This document shows positions 50,654-62,208 of a stretch of 64,000 nt of DNA, one piece after another. The stretch comes from an uncultured Candidatus Rokubacteria bacterium (GTDB taxonomy: Bacteria; Methylomirabilota; Methylomirabilia; Rokubacteriales; CSP1-6). The notes beneath the pieces were generated by a model. That model ran no database searches. It was not told the DNA's origin and saw only the letters and a program-made list of their open reading frames with translations. How positions within the stretch are numbered: the stretch's first letter is position 1; the number at the start of each line of letters is the position of its first letter. Position numbers and translations under genes: made by a program. The DNA lies in NCBI GenBank assembly GCA_963754315.1, contig CAVWFS010000019.1, positions 128,001-192,000 of the forward strand, read 5' to 3'.

Positions 50654-52407
50654 CGGCTGACGGCAGGCGGCTCCGTCCATCCGCGCCGCGCGCGGAGCTC
50701 TGCCCTGCGGGTCGCCGTGGCGGCCTCGTCAACCTCCACCGTCTCGCCCCGGAACACGATCCCGTAGTCCTCCAGCGCCGAATGCCTGCTCACGAACTCG
50801 TTGCGGACATCGCGGGCCACCCGCGCCGGTTCACGCTCCAGCGGATCCCCCCACCCGCCAGGGCCTGCCGATTCGGAGCTGAACACGTCGCCCTGGCGCA
50901 TCGTCATGGTGAGCTTGCCAGGCAAGGCCCGGTTCTCTCCGTCCGGGTTCAGCACGTTGCGCGACGGCCGGCCTGGGCAGCCGCCAAAGAGGCCGTACGG
51001 TCGGAAGTCGTGGCGATCCGATCGAACCTGCAGCACCGCCTCCGTCTCGAGCAGCTTGTAGTCTCGGCGGATCGAGGCGCCGCCCCGGTACTGGCCCGGC
51101 CCGCCCACGTCCTGGATGAACTCCGTGCGCAAGATCTGGAGCGGTTGCTCAGCCTCCGTGATCTCGACCGGGGGCAACGACATATTGGCCATGAGGTTCG
51201 CGTTGCCGTCGAGCCCGTCCGCCCAGGCGCGACCGCCCCACGCCGAGCAGAAGAACTCGACAAAGATGAACGGGCGCCGGTCGGCATGGTACCCGCCGAT
51301 GGAGACGCCGGTGTTGCCGCCCTCGGACGCCGCAATCGAGCGTAGCGGCAACATCTGGGCGAGGGCACCGAAGCACGTATCAAGCATGCGGAATCCAGTC
51401 AGCCCCCGCGCTGCGGAGGCCGCCGGCAGCACGCCGTTGGCAATGGTGCCCGGTGGGGCGATGACCTCGAGAGCCCGATAGAAGCCGGCGTTGCACGGTA
51501 TGTCGTGGGACAACACCGACTTGAGTGCCGTGTATGTGGCCGCCTTCGTGAACGAGAGCGTGTTGGTGATCGCGCCCTTCGGCTGCGGTGACGTGCCCGT
51601 CCAGTCCGCCACCAGCGCATCGCCACGCTTCTTGAACGTCACCACAAGCCGGATCGCCTTGCCGTACTCCACACCATCGTCGTCGATCCAGTCCTCGAAC
51701 GACCATTCCCCATCAGGCAGCTCACGCAGCACGGCGCGCGTCAGCCGTTCGGTATGGTCGAGCATGTCTGCCATGTATGCCTGCACCTGCTTGGCACCGT
51801 GGCGATGGAGGAGGCGGACGAACGCGTCCTCCGCGATGTGACAGGCGGCCAGCTGGGCGCGGAGGTCACCGAACACGCGGACAGGAACTCGCACGTTCTT
51901 CTCGAGGAGCCGGAACAGCGTCTCGTTCGGCTCACCGCGATCGTACATCTTCACGGGCGGAATGCGGAGTCCCTCCTGGTAGATCTCGGTGGAGTCCGAG
52001 GCGTTGGAGCCCGCCACCCGACCGCCCATGTCGGTCTGATGACAGATGGTTGCCGCAAACGCCACGCGCTCACCCTCGAAAAAGATGGGCTTGAGCACGA
52101 AGACGTCAGGGATGTGCATCCCGCCCTCGAACGGATCGTTCAGGCAATAGATGTCCCCCGGCTGCATGCGGTCGCCGTACCGCGCGAGGGTGGCCGCCAA
52201 AGCGTCGGGGAATGAGGACAGGTGGGCGGGTAGGGTAAGCCCCTGCGCGACCGTTCGCCCCTCGCCGTCGCAGAAGGCAGTCGAATAGTCCATGTTGTCG
52301 CGAAGCACCCCGGAATAGGCGGTGCGAAGGATGGTCAGCGCCATCTCGTCGGCGATGGACAGCAGGGTATTGCGGAAGAGCTCGAAGCCGAACGGGTCGG
52401 AGGCCAT
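50650..52407 (-). CDS. Hydantoinase B/oxoprolinase family subunit
   Basis: [56 protein letters not shown]. Confidence 0.92.
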   Translation of the reverse strand: MASDPFGFELFRNTLLSIADEMALTILRTAYSGVLRDNMDYSTAFCDGEGRTVAQGLTLPAHLSSFPDALAATLARYGDRMQPGDIYCLNDPFEGGMHIPDVFVLKPIFFEGERVAFAATICHQTDMGGRVAGSNASDSTEIYQEGLRIPPVKMYDRGEPNETLFRLLEKNVRVPVRVFGDLRAQLAACHIAEDAFVRLLHRHGAKQVQAYMADMLDHTERLTRAVLRELPDGEWSFEDWIDDDGVEYGKAIRLVVTFKKRGDALVADWTGTSPQPKGAITNTLSFTKAATYTALKSVLSHDIPCNAGFYRALEVIAPPGTIANGVLPAASAARGLTGFRMLDTCFGALAQMLPLRSIAASEGGNTGVSIGGYHADRRPFIFVEFFCSAWGGRAWADGLDGNANLMANMSLPPVEITEAEQPLQILRTEFIQDVGGPGQYRGGASIRRDYKLLETEAVLQVRSDRHDFRPYGLFGGCPGRPSRNVLNPDGENRALPGKLTMTMRQGDVFSSESAGPGGWGDPLEREPARVARDVRNEFVSRHSALEDYGIVFRGETVEVDEAATATRRAELRARRGWTEPPAVSR

Positions 52408-52408
52408 G

Positions 52409-54547
52409 TCAGAGTACCTGCCCTTCGTGCGGAAGGTCGATGACGATGTTGCCATGTGGGTCGAGCGACACGCGCGCGCCCGGGGGAATCACGCAGGTCG
52501 AATCATACTCCTCGACGATGCACGGCCCCTCGCGCGGCGTCACCAGATGGGGCCGGTCGACGATCGGGGTCTCGCGCCAGCCGAGGTCGGGACCGAAGTA
52601 GACGCGGCGGGCGCCGCCGGCGCGGCCTGGTCCGGAGCGATCCACGCGTAAGACGTCCGGGACGCGCGGGCGGTCGGGGAGGCCGAGGCCAACCACGCGC
52701 AGGCTCACGATCTCCACCGGTTCGTCGGGGCCGGCCCGATGCCCGTAGGTCCGCTCATGCTCGCGTCCGAAGGCTTCCTCGATCCCCGCCACCGTCTGGG
52801 CGCCGACGGCGCCCTCGGCGACGGGCACGGTCAACTCGAACGATTGGCCCTCGTAGCGGCAGTCCGCCGCCCGGCGAATGCGGGTGGCGTGACTGCGGAA
52901 GCCTTCTTCTGCGAGTTGGGCGAGCGCCTCCGTCTCCATCCGCCGAAAGGCCTCGGCCAGCTCCGCTGGTGGCATCCGACGAACCAGCCGACGCCAGGTC
53001 CGGACGTAGTGGTGCTCGACGTCGGCGAAGAGCAAACCGAACGACGAGAAGAGCCCAGGCGCAGGCGGCACCACCACGTGGCGCATCTCGAGCTGCCTGG
53101 CCATGCCGGCCGCGAAGAGCGGCCCGTTGCCACCGAAGGCAAACAGCGCGTGCTCGCGGGGATCTCGACCCCGCTCGCTCGACACGGCGCGGATCGCGCG
53201 CATCATGTTCGAGGCCGCGATGACATGAGCGCCGTAGGCGGCCTCGGCGAGGGGAAGGCCCATCGGCCGTGCGATCCTCGACTCGAAGACCTCGTGGGCG
53301 CGGGCCGGGTTGAGCTTCACGGCGCCTCCCGCCAACTGGTGGGGGTTCAGGAAACCCAGGATCACGTTGGCGTCGGTCACCGTGGGCTCAGTCCCCCCGC
53401 GGTCGTAACAGAGCGGACCGGGAGACGCGCCGGCGCTCTCGGGCCCCACCTGCAAGGCGCCGCCTGGATCGATCCATACCAGCGACCCGCCCCCCGCCCC
53501 CACCTCAGCCAGATCGATAGCCGGAACCCGAAGCAGGTAGCCGGCGCCGGTGAGCAGACGGGAGCCGTGCATGATTCCGCCGCCGACCTGGTATTCCGTG
53601 GCGCGGCTCACCTCACCGTCCTCCACGATCGACGCCTTGGCGGTGGTGCCGCCCATATCGAACGTCACCAGCTTGCCGAGCCCGATCTGTCGTGCCAGCG
53701 CCTGGGCTCCCACCACACCCGCCGCGGGGCCGGACTCGATAATGTGCACCGGCCTCGCGGCGGCCGCCCCCTCCGTCGTGAGCCCGCCGTTTGACTGCAT
53801 GATCATAAGGGGTGCCTTCACCGCGGAGGCATCGAGCCCGCCGCGTAGGGTTCCGAGATATCTCGCCACAATGGGCATCACGTAGGCATTGATGACCGTG
53901 GTCGAGGTCCGCTCGTACTCGCGGATCTCCGGGTGGACCTCCGCGCTTACCGACAAGGTGAGCCCTGGCGCTCGGCGCCGGACGATCTCCGCGATGGCCT
54001 GCTCGTGCGCGGGATTGGCGTAGGAGTTCAGCAGGCAGACGGCGAGCGCCTCGATCTTCTCGGCAAGCAGACGGTCGAGCACCCGCTCCACCTCAACCGG
54101 GTCCAGCGGCTTCTCAATCAACCCCCGCGCGTCGACCCGCTCATCGACCTCGAGCCGCAGATAGCGCTCAATGAGGGGCACCGGCTTTTCCCACGTGAGA
54201 TCGTAGAGTTTCGGCATACGGATGCGGCGGATCTCGAGGACGTCGCGAAAGCCCTTGGTCGTGATGAGCCCCGTGCGCGCCCCCTTCCGCTCGAGAATGG
54301 CGTTAGACGCCACCGTGGTGCCGTGGAGAACCTCGCCGAGATCCCCACCCGTCAGTCCGGTCTCGTCGAAGATTTGGCGGAGTCCGTCCACGATGGCACG
54401 CGCGTAGTCCTCGACGCTTGACGAGACCTTTTTGGTATGGATACGGCCCGCGGCGTCGAGGAGCACGATGTCGGTGAAGGTTCCGCCGATGTCGACACCG
54501 ACGCGAAAGCGGGCCGCGGTCGTTTCGCTCGTGCCGGTGGCCGTCAT
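52409..54547 (-). CDS. Hydantoinase A/oxoprolinase family subunit
   Basis: GVDIGGTFTD; HGTTVASN; ESGPAAG; DMGGTT; GAGGGS; FGGNGP. Confidence 0.92.
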   Translation of the reverse strand: MTATGTSETTAARFRVGVDIGGTFTDIVLLDAAGRIHTKKVSSSVEDYARAIVDGLRQIFDETGLTGGDLGEVLHGTTVASNAILERKGARTGLITTKGFRDVLEIRRIRMPKLYDLTWEKPVPLIERYLRLEVDERVDARGLIEKPLDPVEVERVLDRLLAEKIEALAVCLLNSYANPAHEQAIAEIVRRRAPGLTLSVSAEVHPEIREYERTSTTVINAYVMPIVARYLGTLRGGLDASAVKAPLMIMQSNGGLTTEGAAAARPVHIIESGPAAGVVGAQALARQIGLGKLVTFDMGGTTAKASIVEDGEVSRATEYQVGGGIMHGSRLLTGAGYLLRVPAIDLAEVGAGGGSLVWIDPGGALQVGPESAGASPGPLCYDRGGTEPTVTDANVILGFLNPHQLAGGAVKLNPARAHEVFESRIARPMGLPLAEAAYGAHVIAASNMMRAIRAVSSERGRDPREHALFAFGGNGPLFAAGMARQLEMRHVVVPPAPGLFSSFGLLFADVEHHYVRTWRRLVRRMPPAELAEAFRRMETEALAQLAEEGFRSHATRIRRAADCRYEGQSFELTVPVAEGAVGAQTVAGIEEAFGREHERTYGHRAGPDEPVEIVSLRVVGLGLPDRPRVPDVLRVDRSGPGRAGGARRVYFGPDLGWRETPIVDRPHLVTPREGPCIVEEYDSTCVIPPGARVSLDPHGNIVIDLPHEGQVL

Positions 54548-54685
54548 ACCAGTCTCCCTCCCGATCGTTCGGGAGTGCTCTCCGCTTAGGCGGGCCAATC
54601 CCTCATCAGGAGAATCTCCGGCCGGTGTCGGCAGTCCCTGTGCGAGTTTGACAACGGCGCCGGCCGCGAAGGGCGTGTCGGAAAG

Positions 54686-56434
54686 CTAGCGACCGATGGC
54701 ATGGGCTCCGCGGCGCGGATCGGCGCCGGCCCACCGCGTTCCCTCGGGGCCGACCATCACGGCGCACACCGCCCCTGCCCGCCATTCCCAGTCTGGCCAC
54801 GACACGACCTCGTGTCCCATCCTGGTGAGTGCCTCCCGCACGTCATGCACGATCCGACCTTCGACCTCAGCTTTCCCCGGCGCGTACACGTGCGGCCAGA
54901 ACGAGTCGGGGAAGCTTCGCGAAGCGACCCGCGGCGCCTCGATCGCCTGCTGCAGTGGCATGCCGAAGGTCGTGGCGTTGAGAAAGACCTGCAACATGGC
55001 CTGCTGCTGAACGTCTCCCCCTGGCGTGCCAAACGGCATGAGGAGCTTCCCATCGCGGAACGCGATGGCCGGCGCCGGAGTCAACCGCGGTCGCTTACCA
55101 GGCGCCACCACGGCGGCGTGCGCGGGATCGAGCCATCCCTGGGAGCCGCGCGGCGACACAACGCAGCCCACGCCGGCCACCACGGGCGAGTCGACGTTAG
55201 GGTCGCTCGGGGTGGCCGAGAACCCGTTGCCTTCTTCGTCGATCACGGCCACGTAGCTCGTGTCGAGCGAATCCGAGGAGCCGCCGGCGAGCGCAGGGAC
55301 CCGCCCTTCGCGTATCGACACGATGGCTTCATCACCGGCGGGGGGTAACTCGCGCCACGCGTGCGAGCCGATCAGCGCGCGCCGTGCCTGGGCGTAAGCC
55401 TTGGAGAGCAGGCGGTCGGAAGGGATCTTCACGAACTTCGGGTCGCCGTAGAAAGCGTCACGATCTGCAAACGCCACCTTGATCGTTTCCAGGAGTCGAT
55501 GGAGGTAGCCGGCAGAATTGTGACCCAGCCCCGCCAGGTCCACGCCGTCAAGCAGGTTGAGCATTTGGAGTAGCACGGGGCCTTGACACCAGAAGCCGCA
55601 CGTGGCCACCTCGTGCGTCCCGAAGCGGGTCCGAAGCGCGGCTGCTGTCTCGGCGCGATAGGCGGCCAGGTCCTCGTACGTCAGCGGTCCCCCCTCTTGG
55701 CGGTGGAACTCGGCGATACGCTTGGCCGTCTCGCCACGATAGAATTCATCGACTGCCGCTGCGATACCCGCCTCGCGTGACCCGCCAGCTCTCGCTTCAG
55801 CCCGAACCATCCGGCGTAGGGTCTCCGCCAGCTCGGCCTGCACCAGCCGCTCCCCGACGCGGTAGGCGCGCCCATCGCGCAGATACAGCGCCGACGACGT
55901 CGGCCACCGCTTGTATTTGTCGGCATTCGCCGCCATCTGATAGGCGGAGAACGGCGAGACGGGGAATCCCCGCTCAGCGTGCTCGATCGAGGGCGTCGCG
56001 ACCTCGGCGAACGACATGGTCCCCCACCGTGCGAGGGCCTCACTCCAGGCGGCAGGTGCGGCCGGCACTACCGTCCGCGCGAGCCCGGGCGGGATCTGGT
56101 TGCCGTGGCGCGAACGGAAGTATTCCGGGCTGGACGCGCGCGGATAGGGGCCCACCCCCGACACCTCCCAGGTCTCGCCCGTCCGGGAGACATGCACAAG
56201 GATCGGTGCCACCCCTGCCACGCTCACCATGTCGGGATGGACAACGCCGAGGCACATCCCGGCCGCGACTCCCGCGTCAACGGCATTGCCCCCAGCACTC
56301 AGGATCCTGGACCCGGCTTCAGCCGCCAGCGGGTGGCCTGCCGCAATAGCCCATCGAGTGCCGATAACCTGGGTGGACGATGTCGGAGAATGAACGGGTG
56401 CAGTCTGCTGGGAGGAGGCAGAGTCTAGGCTCAT
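54686..56434 (-). CDS. ggt: Gamma-glutamyltransferase family protein (no signal peptide)
   Basis: GGNAVDA; nucleophile Thr in LDTSYV; PGKRPRLT; GTPGGDVQ; GADPRR. Confidence 0.88.
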   Translation of the reverse strand: MSLDSASSQQTAPVHSPTSSTQVIGTRWAIAAGHPLAAEAGSRILSAGGNAVDAGVAAGMCLGVVHPDMVSVAGVAPILVHVSRTGETWEVSGVGPYPRASSPEYFRSRHGNQIPPGLARTVVPAAPAAWSEALARWGTMSFAEVATPSIEHAERGFPVSPFSAYQMAANADKYKRWPTSSALYLRDGRAYRVGERLVQAELAETLRRMVRAEARAGGSREAGIAAAVDEFYRGETAKRIAEFHRQEGGPLTYEDLAAYRAETAAALRTRFGTHEVATCGFWCQGPVLLQMLNLLDGVDLAGLGHNSAGYLHRLLETIKVAFADRDAFYGDPKFVKIPSDRLLSKAYAQARRALIGSHAWRELPPAGDEAIVSIREGRVPALAGGSSDSLDTSYVAVIDEEGNGFSATPSDPNVDSPVVAGVGCVVSPRGSQGWLDPAHAAVVAPGKRPRLTPAPAIAFRDGKLLMPFGTPGGDVQQQAMLQVFLNATTFGMPLQQAIEAPRVASRSFPDSFWPHVYAPGKAEVEGRIVHDVREALTRMGHEVVSWPDWEWRAGAVCAVMVGPEGTRWAGADPRRGAHAIGR

Positions 56435-56502
56435 GGCCGGACATGATACGCCGTAGGCCACCGTGCGCCAACCGGGTTCCCGACCCGTGCTAGGCTGGGT
56501 CA

Positions 56503-57228
56503 ATGCAGGCGAGTCCGCTGATTGGCCTCACCACCTCGACGTCCGTGGACGCCTACCCCGAGCGGGCCTACACCAATGCCGCCTACCTGAAGGCGGTGCA
56601 AGAGGCTGGGGGAGTCCCCGTCCTTCTTCCCCCTCAGCTCTCGGAGAGGACGCGGGACGAGCTTTGGCGGCGGCTCGACGCCCTCGTCCTGACTGGCGGC
56701 GGGGACCTCGATCCCGCCCGCTTCGGCGAACCTCGGCATTCGACCGTCTACGACGTATCGGCTGCCCGTGACGAGCTCGAGATCGAGCTCGCCCGGCGCG
56801 CCCTGGCCGAGGACGTACCCCTCCTCGCCATCTGTCGCGGGATCCAGGTGCTGAACGTCGCCCTGGGAGGCACGCTGTACCAAGACATCGCGTCGGATCT
56901 CGGAACGCCCATCGCCCACACCCAGAAAGAGAGACGCGACCAACCCACCCACGCGGTCAAGCTGCTGGAGGGCAGCCGGCTAGCCGGAATCCTCGGGCGG
57001 CTGGAAGTCGACGTGAACAGCTTCCACCACCAGGCGATCAAGGACCTCGGGACGAGACTGATGGCGGTGGGAGTGGCCCCTGATGGCATCATCGAGGCCG
57101 CGGAAGCCACGAACCATCCCTTTGCCATCGCGGTCCAGTGGCATCCCGAGGACCTCGTGGATCACGACGCAACCGCCCGTAGCCTCTTCCGCGCCGTGAT
57201 CGACGCGGCCTCCAGGACGTTACGTTAA
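56503..57228 (+). CDS. Gamma-glutamyl-gamma-aminobutyrate hydrolase family (peptidase C26, PuuD-like)
   Basis: LTGGGD; AICRGIQ; VNSFHHQAI; VQWHPE. Confidence 0.92.
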   Translation: MQASPLIGLTTSTSVDAYPERAYTNAAYLKAVQEAGGVPVLLPPQLSERTRDELWRRLDALVLTGGGDLDPARFGEPRHSTVYDVSAARDELEIELARRALAEDVPLLAICRGIQVLNVALGGTLYQDIASDLGTPIAHTQKERRDQPTHAVKLLEGSRLAGILGRLEVDVNSFHHQAIKDLGTRLMAVGVAPDGIIEAAEATNHPFAIAVQWHPEDLVDHDATARSLFRAVIDAASRTLR

Positions 57229-58071
57229 CGCCCACCGGGAGGGTGCATCAGGAACGACGGTTTCCTCGACGCGTCCCTCATTCACGAGCTTCTTCAGGTG
57301 AGAGTGCACAGACTGAGCCGCCATGGGATGCAAGGCGGGTGGCACGTCGTAGTAGATCCGCTCCACGATGGCCGGAATGCTCGCGAGCCCGTCGGTGAGC
57401 GACTGGAGTATTTGGCGCTCGCGCTCCATTCGATGGTCGAGATACTCGCGGATCTTCGCCGGCGCGTTTTCGATCACGGGCCCGTGAGCGGGGTAGATCC
57501 GTTGCACATCGAGACGCTGCAGACGCCGCAGTGAGGCCAGGTAATCGCCCAGGTCACCATCCTCGGCGGGAATGACGGTGGTGGAGCCGCCGAGAATCAC
57601 GTCACCCGTGAAGAGCGCCTTCTCCTCCCGAAGGTAGTAGCAGAGATGGTCGGACGCGTGGCCCGGGGTGTGAACGGCAACCAAGGTCACGCCCTCGCCT
57701 TCGATCACCTGCCCGTCGCGCAGATCGGCCAGTCCTTCGGGCAATGCGGCATCACGGTGGATCATCTTGGCGACGGGGAGCCCAGGAAAGCGATGGCGTA
57801 GCTGCTCCACGCCGCCAAGGTGGTCGCGATGGCGATGGGTGAGAATAATGCGCGAGGGCTGGGGCCATCGTCGTTCCGCCAGGTAACTGTCCATGAGGGA
57901 CAGGTACTCGGGCACCCCCGCCCCCGTATCGATCAGGATGGGATCGCGACGGCCCACGAGATAGGTATTCGTTCCCGGCCCTGTCATCAGACCCGGGTTC
58001 AACCCCAGCACGCGACCGACGAGTTCGCTCGGCGTGGCCGTCCGCGGAAAGTTAGGATCGATCCAGCTCAT
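57220..58071 (-). CDS. MBL-fold metallo-hydrolase (LACTB2-like)
   Basis: NPGLMTGPGTNTY; THRHRDH; HTPGHASDH; FTGD; PAHG; C-terminal winged helix. Confidence 0.9.
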   Translation of the reverse strand: MSWIDPNFPRTATPSELVGRVLGLNPGLMTGPGTNTYLVGRRDPILIDTGAGVPEYLSLMDSYLAERRWPQPSRIILTHRHRDHLGGVEQLRHRFPGLPVAKMIHRDAALPEGLADLRDGQVIEGEGVTLVAVHTPGHASDHLCYYLREEKALFTGDVILGGSTTVIPAEDGDLGDYLASLRRLQRLDVQRIYPAHGPVIENAPAKIREYLDHRMERERQILQSLTDGLASIPAIVERIYYDVPPALHPMAAQSVHSHLKKLVNEGRVEETVVPDAPSRWALT

Positions 58072-58113
58072 GGCCCAGCCATGGTACACAATCTGGGAGG
58101 AGGGAGCAGAGAT

Positions 58114-58899
58114 ATGGCCGCTTTACGCGATCTCGTGGATCGTCTCGACACGCAGCGCAATACCCTGATGCGCCGTCTCGGCGCATCCGGACCGGCCACA
58201 CCCGACCTGACCCTTCCTGGTCTCTTCGAGATTCTGGCCCTGGGGCAGAGGACAAAGACAAGCGCAGCCCTCCCGCCCGGCAGTCTCAATCGCGAGAACA
58301 TTCAAGCGAGTCTGGCTTCGCTCGCCGAACGTCAGGGAATACCCATCACGGCCGCCGAGGCCCGGGACGTGGTCGCGCTGCTGACTACCGGCGAGCTCCA
58401 GGAGGACCTGGCAACGGGGTTGGTGGCTGTGGTGCAGCTGGCGCCCCAGGTTCCGGCTGCTCTCGTGGAAGACGCCCTCGCCCTCCCCGAACTCCCCTCC
58501 GACCTCGTGGCCGCCATTCGCCGTGACCTGCACGACGATCCTTCCCGATCACCCCGCGAGGTCCTGGTCAGCCTTCGGGATGGCCGCATCGATCGCAAGA
58601 TCATGACGAACACGCTTCGTGCTCTGCTGGCTTCCGCTGCGCCGCAGACTGTGGTCAATACGGTTCGCACGCTCATCGCCCCCGAGAACCGGAGCGTCCG
58701 GCTGGCGATCGTGGTGTATGCACGTCTGCACGGAGTGGACATCGATGTCGAAGACATGGACGCGGTCTATCGCGCCATCGACCCGAAGAATCCCGACCTG
58801 GGCTCACTCTTCGAACAGGGCCTGACCAGGGTCCGCGACAAGTACGGACGCGCCGAAGACGCTCTGACGTTTCTCCGTCGGCTGTCGGCAACTCGGTAG
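58114..58899 (+). CDS. Hypothetical all-alpha protein
   Basis: ATG with GGAGGGAG RBS; 261 codons with coding-like bias; no recognised motif. Confidence 0.65.
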   Translation: MAALRDLVDRLDTQRNTLMRRLGASGPATPDLTLPGLFEILALGQRTKTSAALPPGSLNRENIQASLASLAERQGIPITAAEARDVVALLTTGELQEDLATGLVAVVQLAPQVPAALVEDALALPELPSDLVAAIRRDLHDDPSRSPREVLVSLRDGRIDRKIMTNTLRALLASAAPQTVVNTVRTLIAPENRSVRLAIVVYARLHGVDIDVEDMDAVYRAIDPKNPDLGSLFEQGLTRVRDKYGRAEDALTFLRRLSATR

Positions 58900-58934
58900 C
58901 CGCGGAGCGTGCTTGCCCGCGGCCGCCTTCACCC

Positions 58935-59762
58935 TCACACGGGCGGTCTTCTGCCGGACGCCGGCGGGGCCTGACGGAGAGACTGCTCGAGCTGCTCGAG
59001 GCGTCTTCTGGAATCCTCGAGCGATCTGAGTAGCTCGTGGTGCGGGCTCTCACGGTCCGCTTCCGATTGCTGCTCGAGCTTGACCGTCTCCAAGTTGTTG
59101 ATGACCACCGCGATGAAAAGATTGACGACCACGAAGACGCCGACCAAGACGAAGCTCGCGAAGTAGACCCACGCCCACGAGTGGAACGTCAGCACCCGCT
59201 CTTGGATCTCCACCCATCCCTCCAAGGTGAGCATCTGGAACAAGGTCAGCAACGCGACCCCGAGATTTCCCCAGTGTTCGGGGTCCTCGTCCCGGAACAC
59301 CGCGACGCCCAGCACCGCGTACACGTAGAGGAGCAGGCTCAGCATCATGATCACGTGGGCCATGGAGGGAATGGAGCGCAGCATGGTACTGACGATAAGC
59401 CGCAGCTCTGGGAAGACTGCGACGAGCCGCGTCACCCGCAGCAGCCGGGCGAGCCGCGCCACCATCGCGAACGTCCCCGACTGGGGCAAGAGCGAGGCCG
59501 CCACCACCACGAAGTCGAAGACGTTCCAACCGTCGGCGAAGAAGCGAAGGGGCCGCGGCCAGCACGCCACGAGGCGAATGACGATCTCGAGGACGAAGAA
59601 GGTCTGGACGACCCAGTCGAGCGTGGTGAACAGCCCCGCCTGCCGCTCGACCAGAGCCGGATAGGTCTCCAGTCCCACGGTTACGGCGGTCAGCACGATG
59701 ACCCCGAGCACGATGTTGTGGAAGTGGCGGCTTTCGCTGATTCGACGAGCCAGACTCGTCAC
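58935..59762 (-). CDS. Voltage-gated cation channel (BacNav/AnclNav type; ion transporter)
   Basis: S1-S6; WNVFDF; S4 RLARLLRVTRL; pore TLFQMLTLEGWVE; VVNLFIAVVIN; C-terminal coiled coil. Confidence 0.92.
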   Translation of the reverse strand: MTSLARRISESRHFHNIVLGVIVLTAVTVGLETYPALVERQAGLFTTLDWVVQTFFVLEIVIRLVACWPRPLRFFADGWNVFDFVVVAASLLPQSGTFAMVARLARLLRVTRLVAVFPELRLIVSTMLRSIPSMAHVIMMLSLLLYVYAVLGVAVFRDEDPEHWGNLGVALLTLFQMLTLEGWVEIQERVLTFHSWAWVYFASFVLVGVFVVVNLFIAVVINNLETVKLEQQSEADRESPHHELLRSLEDSRRRLEQLEQSLRQAPPASGRRPPV

Positions 59763-59820
59763 GTCGGCCTCCTGAAGACGTAAGGTTCTCGGACGCGCAT
59801 TCCGGATCTAGGGAGGGGCT

Positions 59821-60515
59821 TCACACGCCCAGGAAGCGGTGCTGGAGATCCTCGCGGGTCCGCAGCACGTCGGATGGTCCGCTCCAAACGATCTGCCCCT
59901 TTTCCACGATGTAGTGGCGGGTGGCGAGCCGGGTTAGCGCCCGGACGTCCTTGTCGATGAGCAGGATGGCCTGCCCGCTCCGTTTGAGCCCCTCCAGGCA
60001 GCGCCAGATCTCGGCCCGGACAAGGGGCGCCAGTCCCTCGGTGGCCTCGTCGAGGATCAGCAAGCGCGGGTTGGTCATCAGGGCTCGGCCCACGGCCAGC
60101 ATTTGTTGCTCGCCGCCCGACAGTTGACCTCCCATGTGGGACCGGCGCTCGGCCAGATGGGGAAAGAGTGCGAAGACCCGCTCGATCGTCCACGGGTCCG
60201 GGCTTCGCAGACGGTTGGCGGCGGTGGCCAGGAGATTCTCACGAACTGTGAGATTCGGGAAGATCTGCCGGCCCTCGGGCACCAGCCCCAGGCCTGCTTG
60301 GGCGACACGGTAGGCTGGCAACCCCTGAAGAGCACGGCCCTCGAAGCTGATGCGGCCGCTCCGGAGAGGGACGATCCCCATGATCGACCGAACGGTGGTG
60401 GTCTTTCCCATGCCGTTACGGCCAAGCAGGGTAACCACCTCGCCCGGCTCCACGGCGAGACTCACGCCGAACAGCACCTGGCTGGCGCCGTAGGCGGTCT
60501 CGATCGACTCGACGC

Positions 60516-60522
<7 letters not shown>
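59821..60522 (-). CDS. livF: ABC ATP-binding protein LivF-like
   Basis: MLSVESIETAYG; GRNGMGKTT; LSGGEQQM; LILDEATEG. Confidence 0.88.
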
Positions 60523-61267
<745 letters not shown>

Positions 61268-61275
<8 letters not shown>

Positions 61276-62206
61276 GAGGTCGGTCCGTCGCCGGGAGCAG
61301 CCCGATCAAACCGCGTCGAGCGAACAACACGACCAGGATCAGGATGGGACCGAGGACGATTTGCCAGTGCTCCGTCCACGAGGACAGGACTTGCTCGAGG
61401 AGCAGCAAGACCACCGCGCCGGCCACCGAGCCCACGAGTGTACCGATCCCGCCCAGGATCACCATGAACAGGATCTCGCCCGAGCGAGTCCAGTGCATGA
61501 ACTCCGGTGTCAGGTATTCCGTTTGATTGGCCAGCAGCGCCCCCGCCAGGCCGCACACGCTCCCCGCCAGGACGAATGCGGCTAGCTTGTACCGGAAGGG
61601 CGTGAACCCGATGGCCTGCGCTCGTGCCTCGTTGGACCGAGCCGCCCGGATCACCATGCCGAAGCGCGCGTTGACGAGCCGTTGACTGAGGACGAGGACG
61701 ACCACCAGAAGCGCGAGAACCACGTAGTAGAAGCTATGGGCATCGGAGAGATCCACCAGACTCGCAAAGCGGCTCCGCGCGCGCAAGGGCATCCCATCGT
61801 CGCCGCCGTAGGTCTCCAGACTGATCCCGAGGTAGTAGAGCATCTGGGTGAAGGCGAGGGTGATCATGATGAAGTACACGCCACTCGTTCGAAGCGAGAT
61901 GGCGCCGATCACAAGGGCGATCAGCATGGAGGCGAGCATGGCGACCGGCCACTGGATGAATCCGCTCTCGATCCCGTTCGCGGCGAGAATGCCCACGGCG
62001 TAGGCGCCGATCCCGAGGTAGGCGGCGTGCCCGAAGCTCACCATGCCGCCGTAGCCGAGGATGAGGTCCAGGCTGAGAGCGGCCATGGCGAAGATCATGA
62101 TGCGCCGGAAGAGGTCGATGTAGAACGGCTGGTGCAGCGCCTCCGCCACCAGGGGCACCAGTCCCAGCCCAAGGAAGCCCAGCACGACGACGACCCGGCG
62201 CGTCAC
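61268..62206 (-). CDS. livM: Branched-chain amino acid ABC permease LivM-like
   Basis: LILGYGGMVSFGHAAY; YFIMITLAFTQ; YGGDDG. Confidence 0.88.
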
Positions 62207-62208
62207 TG

